A stretch of 64,000 nt of DNA from the NCBI GenBank assembly GCA_010909165.1, contig MU008165.1, positions 1,674,001 to 1,738,000 on the forward strand. Reading direction: 5' to 3'. Made by a program: the position numbers and the translations under genes. Source of the DNA: Anthoceros angustus. Its lineage: Eukaryota > Plantae > Anthocerotophyta. How positions within the stretch are numbered: position 1 is the stretch's first letter; the number at the start of each line of letters is the position of its first letter. Of the stretch, positions 25,801-38,530 are shown piece by piece. The notes under the pieces are model-generated. The model had not been told where the DNA came from, did no database searches, and saw only the letters and a list, made by a program, of their open reading frames with translations.

Positions 25801-25900
25801 CGGATAGAGATGACGATCACGGTTGATTTGTCTCAACTGATAGGGCATCTCAAGATCGGAGCGGTATCGTCCCCGAATTTCATGACGCCAACCGGCTCGC
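22900..25900 (+). pseudogene. CACTA Tnp2 (Transposase_21 family) transposase with DUF4218/DUF4216-like C-terminal part, inactivated
   Basis: Motifs 'RIDACVGDCLLF..CAFCGEPRY', 'MFYFPVTGRLRRMF', 'RNIRFGISTDGFNP...YSIWPV...NLPP', 'MDVYLGPLIEELATLW', 'DVMHTEVN' and 'HARWMYP'. In-frame stops and frameshifts. Confidence 0.9.
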
Positions 25901-27426
25901 TTTTTGGGATGGCAAACGTTCCAATATAACACGATAAACCCATCACACGGTCTTCAAAACACTAGGCCCTGATCAACACACAGTCATGTTCTGGAGTTGT
26001 CAAGCTACATTGTGGAGCATGCCAGCAGCAATTCTAAGTGGGACAGAGCGGCACGTCCGATCCTACAGTACATTGGGCCCATAAACGATGGGTTCAAAAT
26101 AGGCTATTGCTAGCCTCTACCCACATCTACGCAACCAAGAAGTCGGAGCTCCCAAACGCCCTGCGCACTGCCACCTCCAAAGGATGGTCCAACGAGGATG
26201 GACGAAAGAATAGCGCAAACACCGGGCCAGCAACAAGGGCATGGTGCTGCCGCCCACCCATGTAGTGGCAGCACTTCACAATTAACTTGCATGCCTCAAG
26301 CACTTGGAAGATGTGCTCGTCATTCATCATGAAGTCTCAGAATGCTACAAAGTGGTGCCTCGCATACAACGGAGCTTGTGAATGTAGCCCATGGACGCCG
26401 CCTCCACCACCTTCCTCAAGATCGCCATTTTCCATCGCCTGCACGCTGGGTCACAAGAACCCTCTCAACGCCCGCTCTGCACCTATCCACAAGGTCAGGC
26501 GCACTGTGGAGTCCGGTCCGCTCACGTTCCGTTGGAGCAGTTTGCCACCATTTTCTGTGGGAATCAACCAGCAGAGGTCTTTCTCCATTGCATCCCGCAG
26601 TCGGCTTCCGACAGCATCTACCGTGATGGGCCATCGCGAACACCGGATCCTCTCCAAGACACGGACGCCAAAGTGAGATAGAAGGAAGCAAGTGAAAAGC
26701 AAGACAAATCGACCGTCCCGACCTCGACAGCGAGGGAGCAAGCCAAGTGAGATCATGATCTCATTCAAGATGTCCACGGCAAGGCCCGATTTCTTTTGTC
26801 TTTCTGGTGCCCGCCTCCCTTGCTTGGGATGTGCGCCAACGAGCCATGGTTTGGGGCCATCCCACTTGTCTTTTCCACCCACCACCCAAGGCCCGGCATC
26901 ACTGAAGCAAAGTCTTGCCCAATGAAACTCGGGCTCACCTGTGGTAATGCCGGCGGGCTCCACGAGCTGCATCTTCCAGCACCCCGGACGAGGCTCGAAG
27001 AGGGAAGGGTCCACATCCCGCGAGCGGAAAACCGCCACATGTCTCCGTAGGAATGGAGAGGAATATGGTCCCATGACTACATTACGCTACGGCGAACCAC
27101 AAGATTCAACATCCGGGCTCGACGCTGCGTCAAACCCACGAGCACAGGATCTTCAGGCGGCGATGGCATCCCAGGGCACGATAAAGAATCTGACGACAAG
27201 TTGCCACAGTCCTCTAGAGTGCCATGGACCAGTGTTTCGATATCGTCGACGTCAGACATCGCCGGCGAACTGAGTCGGGGCTCAAAGAAAGCGAGGGCGG
27301 AGATGGGGAACTTAGGAACCAGCAGCAACACTAAAGTACATACATGTTTACAGCTCGCAATTTTGAGCGTGACTGAACTGCCCTGCTCGGATGGCAACCG
27401 CGATGCGAGGAGCGTAAAAAATCGCA

Positions 27427-27650
27427 CTGTCCACCGTGGAGGGCCGTCTGGGGGCGTCGTGTCAAGTGAGACGTGGTATTCATGCCCTGTTCACCGTGGA
27501 GGGTCGTCTGAGGGCCGCGTGTCAGGCGAGACGTGGTATTCATGCCCTGTCCACCGTGGAGGACTCGTCTGCGGGCCGCGTGTCAGGTGAGGCGTGGTAT
27601 TCATGCCCTGTCCACCGTGGAGGACTCGTCTACCCGGGGCCACAGGTATA
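27427..27650. repeat. Tandem repeat, 60-61-bp unit x ~3.6, inside the CACTA
   Basis: CTGTCCACCGTGGAGG...GTGTCAGG..AG.CGTGGTATTCATGCC at 27427, 27487, 27547 and 27608. Confidence 0.9.
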
Positions 27651-28764
27651 GTCAAAGACTCGTCGGCGGGGTCAACATTGGTTGGGCTCATAAAACGTCT
27701 TGTCACCATCATGCGGCCGAGCATGAGTACGTTATACAGTGCTCAATGACTCGACACCGGGACGCTCAGTAATCTACTGCAAAGACACCGCTAGCAATTT
27801 GTCGTTTTTGTCGCCTCAAAACAGGCGAGTAGTCTTGTTGCATGCCATGTAACAGCCAGCGAGAGTGGTCATCCATATCGTCAGCTGCACCCACAGATGC
27901 ACCTTATGCGATGGCGGTCCTTGCTCTCCGGGGTGGCATGGGAGATGGGGATAGCGAATGTTTGCTCTAAGCATAGAGGCGCACTCGAATCGGCCGGGCC
28001 CACCGAGCTTCCAGACTCCAACGCCCAGGCATGTAAGGCGAGCATGGTTTGAAGAAGTTGAGCCACCGGGCGGAGGCGCGGGAGAGGGCGGCGTGGAGCG
28101 CGCTCATTGTCACGATGACTCTACATCCATTACGCTAGGGCATGACACCTTCCGCGGTGGTGGCGCTGCGACTCCGCTTCCCGCACCTGGATTAGGGTAC
28201 AACCACCGGGGAGAGGGAAGCTACACATCGGTGGGGAAGATAGCCCCGGTGGTTTGGAGCCCATACAGGAGGGTTCGAATCGCCGCCACCGACCGCTTTG
28301 GATCGGAAAGGATGAGGTGTGCATGCTGGACCGAGAATCCCAACCTGACGTCATGTCCACATGGCTGCCCAATGACACCTCCGATTGCCCGGGCCGCGCA
28401 AAGATGTTGGAGCACCAATCACGCCCGCGATCAAGTGTGGTGGTGGAATTAAGGGTCCGCAAGAATCGAACCATGCCATGGTCGGCCGAGTACTCCGCGG
28501 TGAAGTACCGCCGCACGATCCTATAGGCGAAACCCGTAGGGTGGTTTGAAAAGTTTGATGGCGGTGTGCATGCTCTTGTGGAATAGTGCTATTGTTGCAA
28601 TTCCTCCCAATCGCATTCATTTGTGTTGGGTTGTTGTCGCAGGCAAATCCACATCACATCCCACCAAGCGAGATTAGGGCCAGCCAAGCGGCCAAGACGA
28701 AAGCACGCCGTCACCCTCAGATGGCAGCCCACCGGGCCGTGGCCGGATACCCAATGGCGATGGA

Positions 28765-30600
28765 TTGGCCGTGATGAGGGGGTCGGGGTCTAATGATGAT
28801 AGTGGCCCGGAAGGCGATGGTGAGGCTGTGCCGCCCGATATGATGGAGGAGGACACAGACACCGAGAATCTGATGCCCCCAAATCCCGAGCCAAGCCCTG
28901 CTACGAGGGGAAATGGAGCAGCAGCGCTGTTTGCAAAGGGGAAGTGTCGGTTTTCCGAGTTGATCAGGCCACGGGCACTAGGGGAGTTGTTGGCAGAACT
29001 CATCAGCCGGCATGGACACTCCAAGGTAATGACTGTGGCATCGAGGCTATGTGCAGATCTTGCGCGAGGGGGGCAGACGTACGTAACTGGAGGTCCTTTA
29101 GGAAGGGACAAATTGTCACTGGAGAAGCGGATACAGGAGTTGGTGGCTACGAAACTGGTGTTTCTGAAGTGTTGGACAAAGCACCCCCCCGAGTTACGAC
29201 TGCAGCTCATAGACACGGTTGCTGAAGAGTACCCTTCCGTGAAGAACCGAGAGGTCATCAGGACCAAGTTCTCCAACTGTACGCGAGCACGATGTTACAA
29301 TCACCTTAACCAAGTGAAGAAAGGAGCAAGGATTCTGCGCACCACGGGGAAAAGAGAGCCGGTCAGGAAATTGAGGCCGGAGTCCATTACACCTGACATC
29401 TGGTGGACAGCGGTCGAGTGGGGAGTGGGCGATGCAGCGTGGAAATGGAGCTGCCCCTGCGTTCTCGATGGCCGCATCGAGGCAAGGATGGAAAACACGG
29501 CCGCCAAGACAAACCCATTTGGACGCGGTGATTTCGCCTCTTGCCTCGAGGATGTATGGAGAACCCCAAGTGTGGCAGAAATGATATGGGGAGCAAAGCA
29601 TGGGGTTGAAAAGATGGAGGTTTCGACCACGCGGTGGATTTACGAGGTTTGCACCGTAATATTACACCGTGGGCCGCAAGGTGATTGAACGCGTCACACG
29701 CAGATGGCTAACTTGCGACCTTGTGGGTTCGTGCTTAGGCGGTGGAGGAGCTCCATGGACTGACGTGCAAGAGAGGGGTGGTTTGGTCCGCGGTAAGTGT
29801 GGAGTCGAACCTGTGGGTAGGGTACATATTTCGAGACATGTGGTGCCGCTCCTTGCACCTTCACGGCAATCTGAAACTACATCTGGGCATGCAGCCATTG
29901 GTGAAGGAGAAACGTGCACCGTTCTTCCTGTGGGGGTTAAGCATGGATGTGTCTGCAAGAACAATTTTTGTGGCACCACACTGCCAAGTGTCCGTTATGG
30001 GCAGTCGCATTTTTGGAATCCGCTTGATGTGCATCTTGTATTGAATATCTGGTTTTCTTATTGCTACCGACTATTGTGTAGGAGGAAGGAGCCCGACTTC
30101 GATGCCGCAGCGGATGGCGCGACCGGAAGATCCGCCCATCCGTGTCGATTGTCTGCATCAAGATTTCGAGCTTGGTGCAGGTAATGGTACCGAACACTTG
30201 CGTCACTGGCAATGGACTAGACAAATTAACTTTTCGTCACATTGAATGGTCATGTTGATCGAGCACGCACCCGGGTGGCGCAATGGTCTCGATGGTCACG
30301 AGGTACCACCAAGCGGGATGTCGCAGGAGGTTTGTAGGGAAGAAGAGGCATTTAACTCGTGTGACAAGCAGGCCGAACACATACCACTGTTAGACACCCC
30401 AACCCGAGGCTTACCCGAGAGCTCAAGGGAGGGTGAGGAGGAGGTCGATCATGGGGTGGACGAGCCCGAGCTTGGAGCGCGCCGGATCTTGGCTGCACCA
30501 CGGAAGAAAAGGAAAGATGGAGGAGTCCGAGGGTGTGGCCGAGGTTCGAAAAGGAGCAAAGCCAAGACCAGAGGGAGCAGTGATTCAGAGGCGGATGACT
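28765..30600 (+). pseudogene. Probable CACTA second gene (TnpA-like accessory protein), spliced or degenerate
   Basis: A 307-aa ORF (28765-29688) with an acidic N-terminus and a W/basic-rich central block, plus downstream exon-like acidic/basic pieces. It sits between Tnp2 and the right TIR, where CACTA ORF2 normally lies. Confidence 0.5.
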
Positions 30601-31639
30601 GATGCACGCCATGGTCCATGCATGTGTGTGTGAAGTGTTCCACTATCGCGGGGTGCTCACCATCGGTGCGCCACTTGGTCCATTGGGCAAGTGGTGGCAA
30701 TGTCTGGATGGTGAGGGCAAGTTAGAGTATGCTGTATCAGGGAACTCGAATGGTATAGGACAGCCTTCCATGATGAGACTTTCCGGATAATGGACCGGTT
30801 AATTGTACAATCCTAACCGCGCACTACTGCTTTGCATGGTCGGTAAACTGTATTGACTGAATATTATATATAAATTTTTGGTCCTAATTTAGGTTTCTGC
30901 TGAAGCAAGCTCAAGAGGGCAAAACCCTTAATTCAAACCGCATAACCCGCACCGAAGATGGAATCACATGTTGAATACGTAAGTCATGCTCACGGTGCAT
31001 GTACTATATAGAACCGAGGTGGCAACCGACCGCTGCGGCGTCGACTCGAGAAAGGACGCCATGCTTGGTCCATCTTTGGATCGCCATGTGGCGACACGCC
31101 GGACAATGTCTCGCAAGCCCGCATCGCTGCGGTCAGGCATGGACGCCGGGGTGTTTGAACTGCGGACGAGCATACTTCCGCCGCTGGACGGAAGAAGTGA
31201 GAGAGCAACACACGGATTGACGAGGCGAACTACCGAAGGGTCCCTCACCATCCCGGTTGGAGGGCTATCATTTACTTTGCGAGCACGGTTTTAAAATGAC
31301 TAGGAATAACACGGAAATCCGCGGCGCGAGTTTGTCATTTCTGCGGCAATTTTGTGGTTTTCCTGTTTCTGAACGCGTCATAAACAATCGCATTATGTTG
31401 TAGTGAGCACCAAGCCCTTACAACCACGACGGATTAGAATGATAGAATGAGAAGGCGGACATTAGCCTAAAAAGAGGTAAGCCCTGTCCAAGCTTGAGGC
31501 CGGCTTGTGTTCGAGAACTGTGTGATTTCGTGCACTTGGCCTGCTGTTTTTGTTGCTCTGCTCAACTAATAAGGAACTAAGAAGTTTATCACAAGTAATG
31601 AAGGAGCGAGAATGTTAAGCTAGATAGTACCCAGCCCTT

Positions 31640-31790
31640 AGAAGAAGAAGAAAAAGAATTTTATTTAAGTGCACTAAGGACGGATTTCCGTCAGGGGACT
31701 TGGTACTTAACAATTTGCACCAAGGGCATCCACTCCCTTTAAGCACCCCATCTAAGTACCGATCCAAGCTCAGGATGCTTAGGGCACGGT
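31640..31790 (-). repeat. Short interspersed repeat, inverted copy of 38300-38530
   Basis: AAGAATTTTATTTAAGTGCACTAAGGACGGATTTCCGTCA...GCACCAAGGGCATCCACTCCCTTTAAGCACCCCAT is closely similar to the reverse complement of the 38.3-38.5 kb segment. Confidence 0.75.
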
Positions 31791-32261
31791 TCATTAGAGT
31801 TTATTAATCAATTAGATACGGTATTCGGTGATACCGTCACGAGCACATGACGTTTTGGCATCAACCCTTCATGTACACTAACGCTTCACTCATTGTGAGT
31901 CAAGCACTCAAGCATGACTGCCTTCCTGGCCAGATTTACACATCTACGATGGGGCCAGTAAAGAGTAGAATTCCTAATAGAAAGTTTAGAAAACAGGCAC
32001 AAATCAGTATCCCTGTTGCCTGAATCTTTGAAGCTGACAGGAAAGGGAAACTTTGAACACGACATAGTCCTTCTGACGGTACACAAGTACTAGTAACCCC
32101 CAGAACCTTTGTGACGTACACTAGTACACCCAGCGTCCCAAGTGCTGTCTGTCTTGAGCCAAAGAAGAATACATGCATGCTATGTGGATACAGAGTGCAC
32201 GACCAGAAACCTCTCTATCCGCCATCGCTTTCCGTTACACTGCAGGTTCCGTGTCGAGAGT

Positions 32262-33746
32262 CTAGACAAAACCTTCAAGGACAGAGAAGAGAGCATCCCG
32301 GGTGTAAAGAAGCTCCAACCGAGAAAACCCAGCATCCAGTACCAGTTTACGGTACTCCGCTTCTGTCCTCTCTCTCCCTCTCACGTTGATGCTCAACATG
32401 AGCATGTCCAGGTGCAACTGAGCTTGCGTTGCTTCATCTCGATTTGTCTCTCGTGAAACCGCAGCTTCCACTATGATGACCTTGCCATGGGCTGGAAGTG
32501 CCTTGTGAGCGTTTCGCAAAATCTTCAAACAGTCCTCGTCACTCCAGTCGTGTAGAATCCACTGTTCGGCCAGTACTACTCATCAGCACAACTGAACTAC
32601 AAACGCACAAACATGTCATGTGCATGTGTCTTTCAACAACAGGATTGTCATGTGCATGTGTCTTTCAACAACAGGATTGTCATGTGCATGTGTCTTTCAA
32701 CAACAGGATTGCAGACACGTCACCTTCAGGAACAAAGCGTCTCCATTAGGAATGCTTTCAAACATGTCACCAGCTATGTGCTCCACTCCTGCAAAACCAG
32801 ATGGTCACCACCTCCCAGAAACACTACCCAGCTGCCAAGGCCTCAAACGTGTCGGGAATCCATTGTGGGCTTGCAAGACGGAAATGTACCAGGCGAGCTT
32901 GGAGCCTGCGCAACAACATGCGGGCGATCGTAATTAATTCCCCTGATGTGCGGATGCGCCTTCACAATGATGCTCACAGCTCCGCCGTATCCCCCTGCCA
33001 CATCCACCAGGGTGCCCTTAAAAGACGAAAATCCTGCGTAGTCTTTCACAAGATCTGCCATCACAATCCTGGTCATGTTCGCCATGAACTGGTTGAAAAT
33101 GTTGCTCAGTCTTGCGTCGGTGGCGTAGTAAGTCCAAGTGTCCACGCCATGAGCTTTCACAAACGGCTGCACTCCATCAACCGCCATCTCCCCCAGAAAA
33201 TACCCACAGTCCACGTTAACCTTGTCCGTCTGAAACAGCACCTGAGGGATGAGAGAAGCTCCCTCTTCGTCATCCACGACCAAGCTGGAGACCTCATTCA
33301 GCGCAAACTTCCGTTCCACCAACCCCTCACCAGACTCCTGCAAAGACTCCTCGAACACGCCGTGCGCCGTCAGCAGCCGCAGGAACCGCTTAACGGTGTC
33401 CGCAGTGAAGGCGGTGCTCTTGGGGATATGTGATGCAATCTCCCTGCCAATGTCAAGCGCACGTGACATCCACAAATTCCTACAACTTGCAAGCCCAGAC
33501 TCCCCGAAGCCACAATGCTCAGAATGGAAATTGGATGAAGGGCAGCATTTACTCGGGAGACAGGAAAGCACCAGGTCCCGCCTTGGCCATAATGGTGGGA
33601 ATTCGGAGATCCACGACTGCTTTGAGAGCCAAAGGCACCAGATGCATAAGCCCAATTCGCATCAATTTGTCTGTGGCTGACCCTATGCTGGGCTTCCCGC
33701 CTTGGCCTGTGGCAGAAGCTGTCCCTTCTCCACCCGCTACAGCCAT
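32262..33746 (-). CDS. Class II (COMT-like) SAM-dependent O-methyltransferase, paralog 1, 4 exons
   Basis: Exons 33746-33553, 33443-32890, 32788-32724 and 32561-32262 with GT-AG sites. Dimerisation domain 'LKAVVDLRIP'. SAM motifs 'LVDVAGGYG', 'GINYDRPHVV' and 'HIAGDMF'. Catalytic 'WILHDWSDE' and 'GRERT'. Confidence 0.93.
32614..32710. repeat. 32-bp intronic tandem repeat x3
   Basis: TGTCATGTGCATGTGTCTTTCAACAACAGGAT occurs three times in the last intron of OMT1 and is absent from the OMT2 intron. Confidence 0.9.
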
Positions 33747-35019
33747 TGCTGCCTACTCTTTCAGATCTGACTCTGGAATGCGGGAAGTTGCAGCTAAGCA
33801 CTGAAAAAGTTTCTCCCAGATCTGTAGGTAAAATGGAGAAGGAAGAACCCTCTAGAAGCAAGTGAGACCTTGTCAACAGCACCGGTCATTGGCCCCTCCA
33901 GATACGGGTGTGAAGGCGGGGCCTGTCACATTGAAAATAATATGTACATACTGGCAGCCATGTGAGTGCGCACGTACAGCTCGACCTTTTAGCACGTCCT
34001 TTTGGCTCATTCTGTTGTTCGTCACGGACTGACATTGGGCCGACAATATGTACATCGCTTCCCAACCTTCGGGCTTTGTTTCTTTCGATCTTTTTTCTGT
34101 CAGAGTATATACATACATATGTACCATGCATGTATGTGAGATATTGAGCGTCCCTATGCTGTACCACACGGGCCGCAGAGAGACTTTGAATTACAAGATC
34201 ATAATATATGAGACTCGTGCGCGTGCAGCATAAGGAAACAAAAAGCTGTATATAAATGATAGTAAAACTTTTCTATAAATATAAATAGTATATACTTTTT
34301 GGTATGTACCCAATTACACGTAAAAGGAAGACGGAATCAAAGCTCCACTTCTCAGCAACTCAAGTCAATTCATAGCACCAATGGTTTTGCACCTGTTTGA
34401 AATAATAATTAACAAGAAGATGTAAGAAATTATAAAAAAATCTCTAATAATTTTATCATAGTTCAATATTATAGATGTAATTTAGAAAATTTCTAATGTG
34501 CATTGAAAGTCAGACTCCTCTAATATAGAAAACTATAAACTAGAAAAATTTGATATATATGAGTAGGTCATACTCCTACATATTCTCAATGTTTAACTTC
34601 ATCAAACTCATCCTCTTGCAGCTTTATACTCCAAAAACTCAGGCTCTTGGAACAAGGTGTTCAACAACTGATTTTCTCCTATTTATGCACTATAATCTTC
34701 CTATTTCCACAAGTGTACTAGATAATCTTTTTATTGCTGAAAAAAATCGTTGGGACATGTGTTTGTTAGTTTTATCACTATATTGAGATTTGTTAGTTTT
34801 ATCACTCTATTGAGATAAAAATTGGTATGATACTGTTTTGCATCAATCTTATTCGACAATATATGCTCAAAATGTCATTGCAATGTGGTACCTTCGAGGT
34901 TCAAACAAAGCTCCTCTTCCATCCTCATATGATCCAACTCCAAAAAACCATTTTGTATCTACTCCTACTACGTTCGAGGAGGAACAACCCAAAAATGGCT
35001 AATAGTAAAAGGGGAAGTC

Positions 35020-35643
35020 TTAGTCCCCTCGAATGCCTTTCCCGTAACTACCTACTGCACCAATGATATCGTGATCAGGGATGATGAAGGGCCTACCACC
35101 GGTGCTGAAGAAGCCCGCTAGTCCTGTGCATGTAGCCGTCCTATAAACACCTTTAGCCAGTGCTTTTTGCAGAGCTGTGGAAACCCGCTGGCGAAAGAAA
35201 ACCACCACAGAGAAAAGGGGGAGGCCCCTCCAATTCCTGTGGCTATGATAGGCTTTTGCACACTCCTTAATTAACCTAGAGAAGTCCTTGCCCATAGCCC
35301 CATGAGTCTCGAGGGCGAGGGGGATGAAAACATGGCCGTCTTGCATAGAAGAGTACTTGTGAGTCTTGCTGGTTGCGCATCCTTCCGCCGCCCAGCTCGG
35401 GAGGTTAAGGATGACGTGCTCGCATATAGAGTCTCTCGTGGGATCCGTGACAAACACATCAGCAATATAAATTTGCTCCTCCATAATATTAAAAAGGTCG
35501 GACGCCTTGAGTGACACGTCATGACACAATGTATATGGACGCTCCCTGTACGGAAAAAATCCGCTCTCCTTAGTTATCGAAAACATGACATCATGAATGG
35601 CATCATGCGTAGCAATACGTTGCCCCCCACAGGACAATAACAT
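35020..35643 (-). mobile_element. 5'-truncated CRE-like non-LTR retrotransposon (restriction-like endonuclease domain)
   Basis: Motifs 'CGGQRIATHD', 'ASDLF...IADVFVTDP', 'SKTHKY', 'FIPLALETHGAMG' and 'FRQRVSTALQK' match the RLE layout (RHD, PD..D, K..KY, ETxG). Confidence 0.8.
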
Positions 35644-36049
35644 TAGAAGACAAAATATGTAGTTTGAATCTTTAACATGTATATATTATATGTACTATTT
35701 CTTCATAATCTGTATAATATTATCATTTGCATATAAGTTCTAAGACGCAATTAGCTATATTCTTATTGTAATCTTGGCATGCCAATGCTTGCATCTAAAA
35801 ATTTACTTGTGTTGGTGTATATAGTCTACCATCGATAATCTTCTCCATACACATTCTTCATTACAAGTCTGTAGAACGAGAGTAAGATTCCATTAGCCAT
35901 ATTAAAACAATCTACATCATTAGTCACAATAAAATAATCTAAAGAATATAGATTCAAGCCGCACATAGGTTAACTGGGTAAGACCATAGTTCGCAACTGC
36001 CTGGGCAAACAGTAGCCCTCAAGCCGGCTCTTTCACGTACCTGGTTTGA

Positions 36050-37740
36050 AGGTCAGAAACTATGGTTCGACAGTGGAGGTTGTCCGGTATAAGATTCGTG
36101 TCGTGTGATTTGACCCATGACCCCAAGACCAGGATTCAGCCACGGCCGCACCATGACGAAACTTCGAGTGTGCCTTCCAAAACCAAGTTGAGGAGTCTGC
36201 TCAAATTCTATACTACCGCACAATCTTGACCATGAAGAGGCCACCGTATTCGACGTCTGGGATCAAACGTATAGTGTTTGCAATGGTTCCGCTTCGCAAG
36301 GCCAAGGCCCGAGATGTTGAACGTCCGCACTCGTGACAAAGAACCCGTCGTCAGAACTTATTGTCCGTTGGAGCAAATTAACTAACCATGCATATTTGGC
36401 GGAGTAGTTTGACCCGCACGGGTTGGGAGATCGAAATTGCTCCACAACACCCTCATTCCGAGCTTGGGTCAAACTGAAACAGAAAAGATATTATCCTCAA
36501 GCAAGAATCCACGAGGACCAAGTGAATGTGCCAAGGCGGTTATAAAACATACCTGCAGTCCTCAGAACTAGAGTGCCACCGGCTTCAAGAGCCCTGAACC
36601 CATTTGCCAGAGTTTAAACTGCTTCAGACAACACATGGCCTATCATGAAACTGAAGGAATAGTGAAGGCCAACTGCAGGAGCCAATTTTCCGACACACAT
36701 GAGAAGAGGCTTGCCTGCACGAGTGATGGATGACAGGCGTTCAGGATTCAGGAGCGTCGCTAAATGTGTCCCAACCCCAATCCTCATACTTCGTGATATG
36801 CTTGATAGAGTCATGTGCACTCTGCATCCACCAAAACTTACAAAGACAGCATACAGATGACTGATTTAGCAAATAACACCTACGGTTTGAACTCACGTCC
36901 CAGCTTTTGGCGGAGAATACCTTGTCGAGCTCAACAGTGAACCTCCAATCCCTTCCTCCAAACTGTTAAAAAATATCGATACGCCTTCCTACAACACCAG
37001 ACTCTTTGCCATAGAAGAACAACTCAGAGGCGCAGCCTGTTGAAAAAGCTTTGCCCTCCTTGCAGCTCTCTTTTTCTTTCTTCGCCTTTGCACCGTCCAC
37101 TCCCCAAAAGTGCTGGTGTCATCAGTACAAGATGGAACGTAAGCCATAATTTGATTCATAGCATTTCTCTAAGCCGGCAACCTACTGAAAGAGAAGAACT
37201 TTAGGTTTGGCTTCAGGGACCGTGACTAACGTGTTCAGTGATGATGCAGGAGCAAGATGTAGGCCCTGAGTCACCCAGTAATCGCATCTCATGGAAAAAT
37301 TTAAACAAAGTCCAGAGGCAACCTTAAACCCTGGGCCCAAAACCCTTCCCACGGGTCTACCTGATGTAGCGGGGCAAGGTGTGTACAGCCCCGTATGCAC
37401 GGGGATCCAGTCCTTTCTGTCTCGAAACCGCACAAACTCGGGGGGGAAATCCATGCTCTTGCTACGTGGCAATCGCCCACAGGGCAATCCTTGACGGAAT
37501 AATGTTTCTCCTCACCAATAATGACCGTCTCGGCACCTGTGTTCATACAGGGCACCATGCCCACATCTCCCAAACCCCAAAGCTGAAGCCTTGGTAGAGT
37601 TTCCTCCCCCTCGAGCCGGCTGCATGCAGAGCATCTAACTTGGCCAGTCGATACGCCCTTGCCCCAAGATACGGACCGAAATTGAGTAGTGGCCGAGGAA
37701 GTCCGGCGTATTCGGATATCGCCTCAGTCGCCAACAAAAT
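36050..37740 (-). pseudogene. Uncharacterised multi-exon gene relic
   Basis: A GC-richer island between AT-rich flanks. Several small segments are bounded by good splice sites, e.g. TTTTAACAG|...FGGRDWRFTVELDKVFSAKSWD|GTGAGT, CAG|GTATGT and TGTTTCAG|. In-frame stops; no family recognised. Confidence 0.3.
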
Positions 37741-38194
37741 TCATACACTGAGAAGGGAGACGAATCTACCAGGACAGCGTTTTATCTTTCGTCAGAACGA
37801 GATCAGTGGTTGATGCGCCGCGGCAACTGGTCAGGCACCCGATTCCTAGTCGGGATCGTGAATGAACGACACAATTCTGCTTCTTTCTATCTTAGTATGT
37901 ATTTACATTATGCTAGATTACTTCAATCATCTTCCTTACAAACATAGTGGGGGAGACCTTGAGGATGACACTACAAGGGAGCAACTAAATTTTATACCTA
38001 AAGTTACATAGAATATATTTTAAAGATACTTAAAAACTATTATATATATATATTTAAAATAATGAATATATTTTTAAAATTTATTTATCAAGATCATCAA
38101 TATAAAATTTATTTAATCTAAAAAATAATATCAAAGTTTTGATCAAAATCTTACATAATCCATAAGCCAAATGGACACACATTTACAAGAACGT

Positions 38195-38530
38195 CGTGAT
38201 TAAGCATCCCGAGCATCCCGATCTTAGATCGATACTTATATGGGGTGTCTAAAGGGAATGGATGCCCTTGGTGCAAGTAGCTTAGATAGATGGGGTGTGA
38301 TTAAGCATCCCCAGCATCTCGATCTTATATCGATACTTATATGGGGTGCTTGAAGGGAGTAGATGCCCTTGGTGCAAGCAGCTTAGGCACACCATAGATG
38401 GGGTGCCTGAAAGGATGGATGCCCATTGGTGCAAGTAGCTTAGGTACACCATGGGACAAGTTGTTAGGTACTAAGTTCCATGACGGAAATCCATTCTTAG
38501 TGGACTTAAATAAAATTCTTCTTTTTCTTC
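38195..38530 (+). repeat. Short interspersed repeat with internal tandem duplications
   Basis: ATGGGGTG..T.AAGG....GATGCCCTTGGTGCAAG repeated ~3x, ending in AATAAAATTCTTCTTTTTCTTC. Inverted homolog at 31640-31790. Confidence 0.75.

Larger units (their letters stand above)
16193..31405 (+). mobile_element. Full-length CACTA (En/Spm) DNA transposon, ~15.2 kb, degenerate
   Basis: Left TIR CACTACTACATTATGC...TATGACG at 16193. Right TIR ...CGCATTATGTTGTAGTG ends at 31405 (reverse complement CACTACAACATAATGCG...TATGACG). 3-bp TSD AGC at 16190-16192 and 31406-31408. Contains an internal Tnp2 transposase. Confidence 0.92.
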
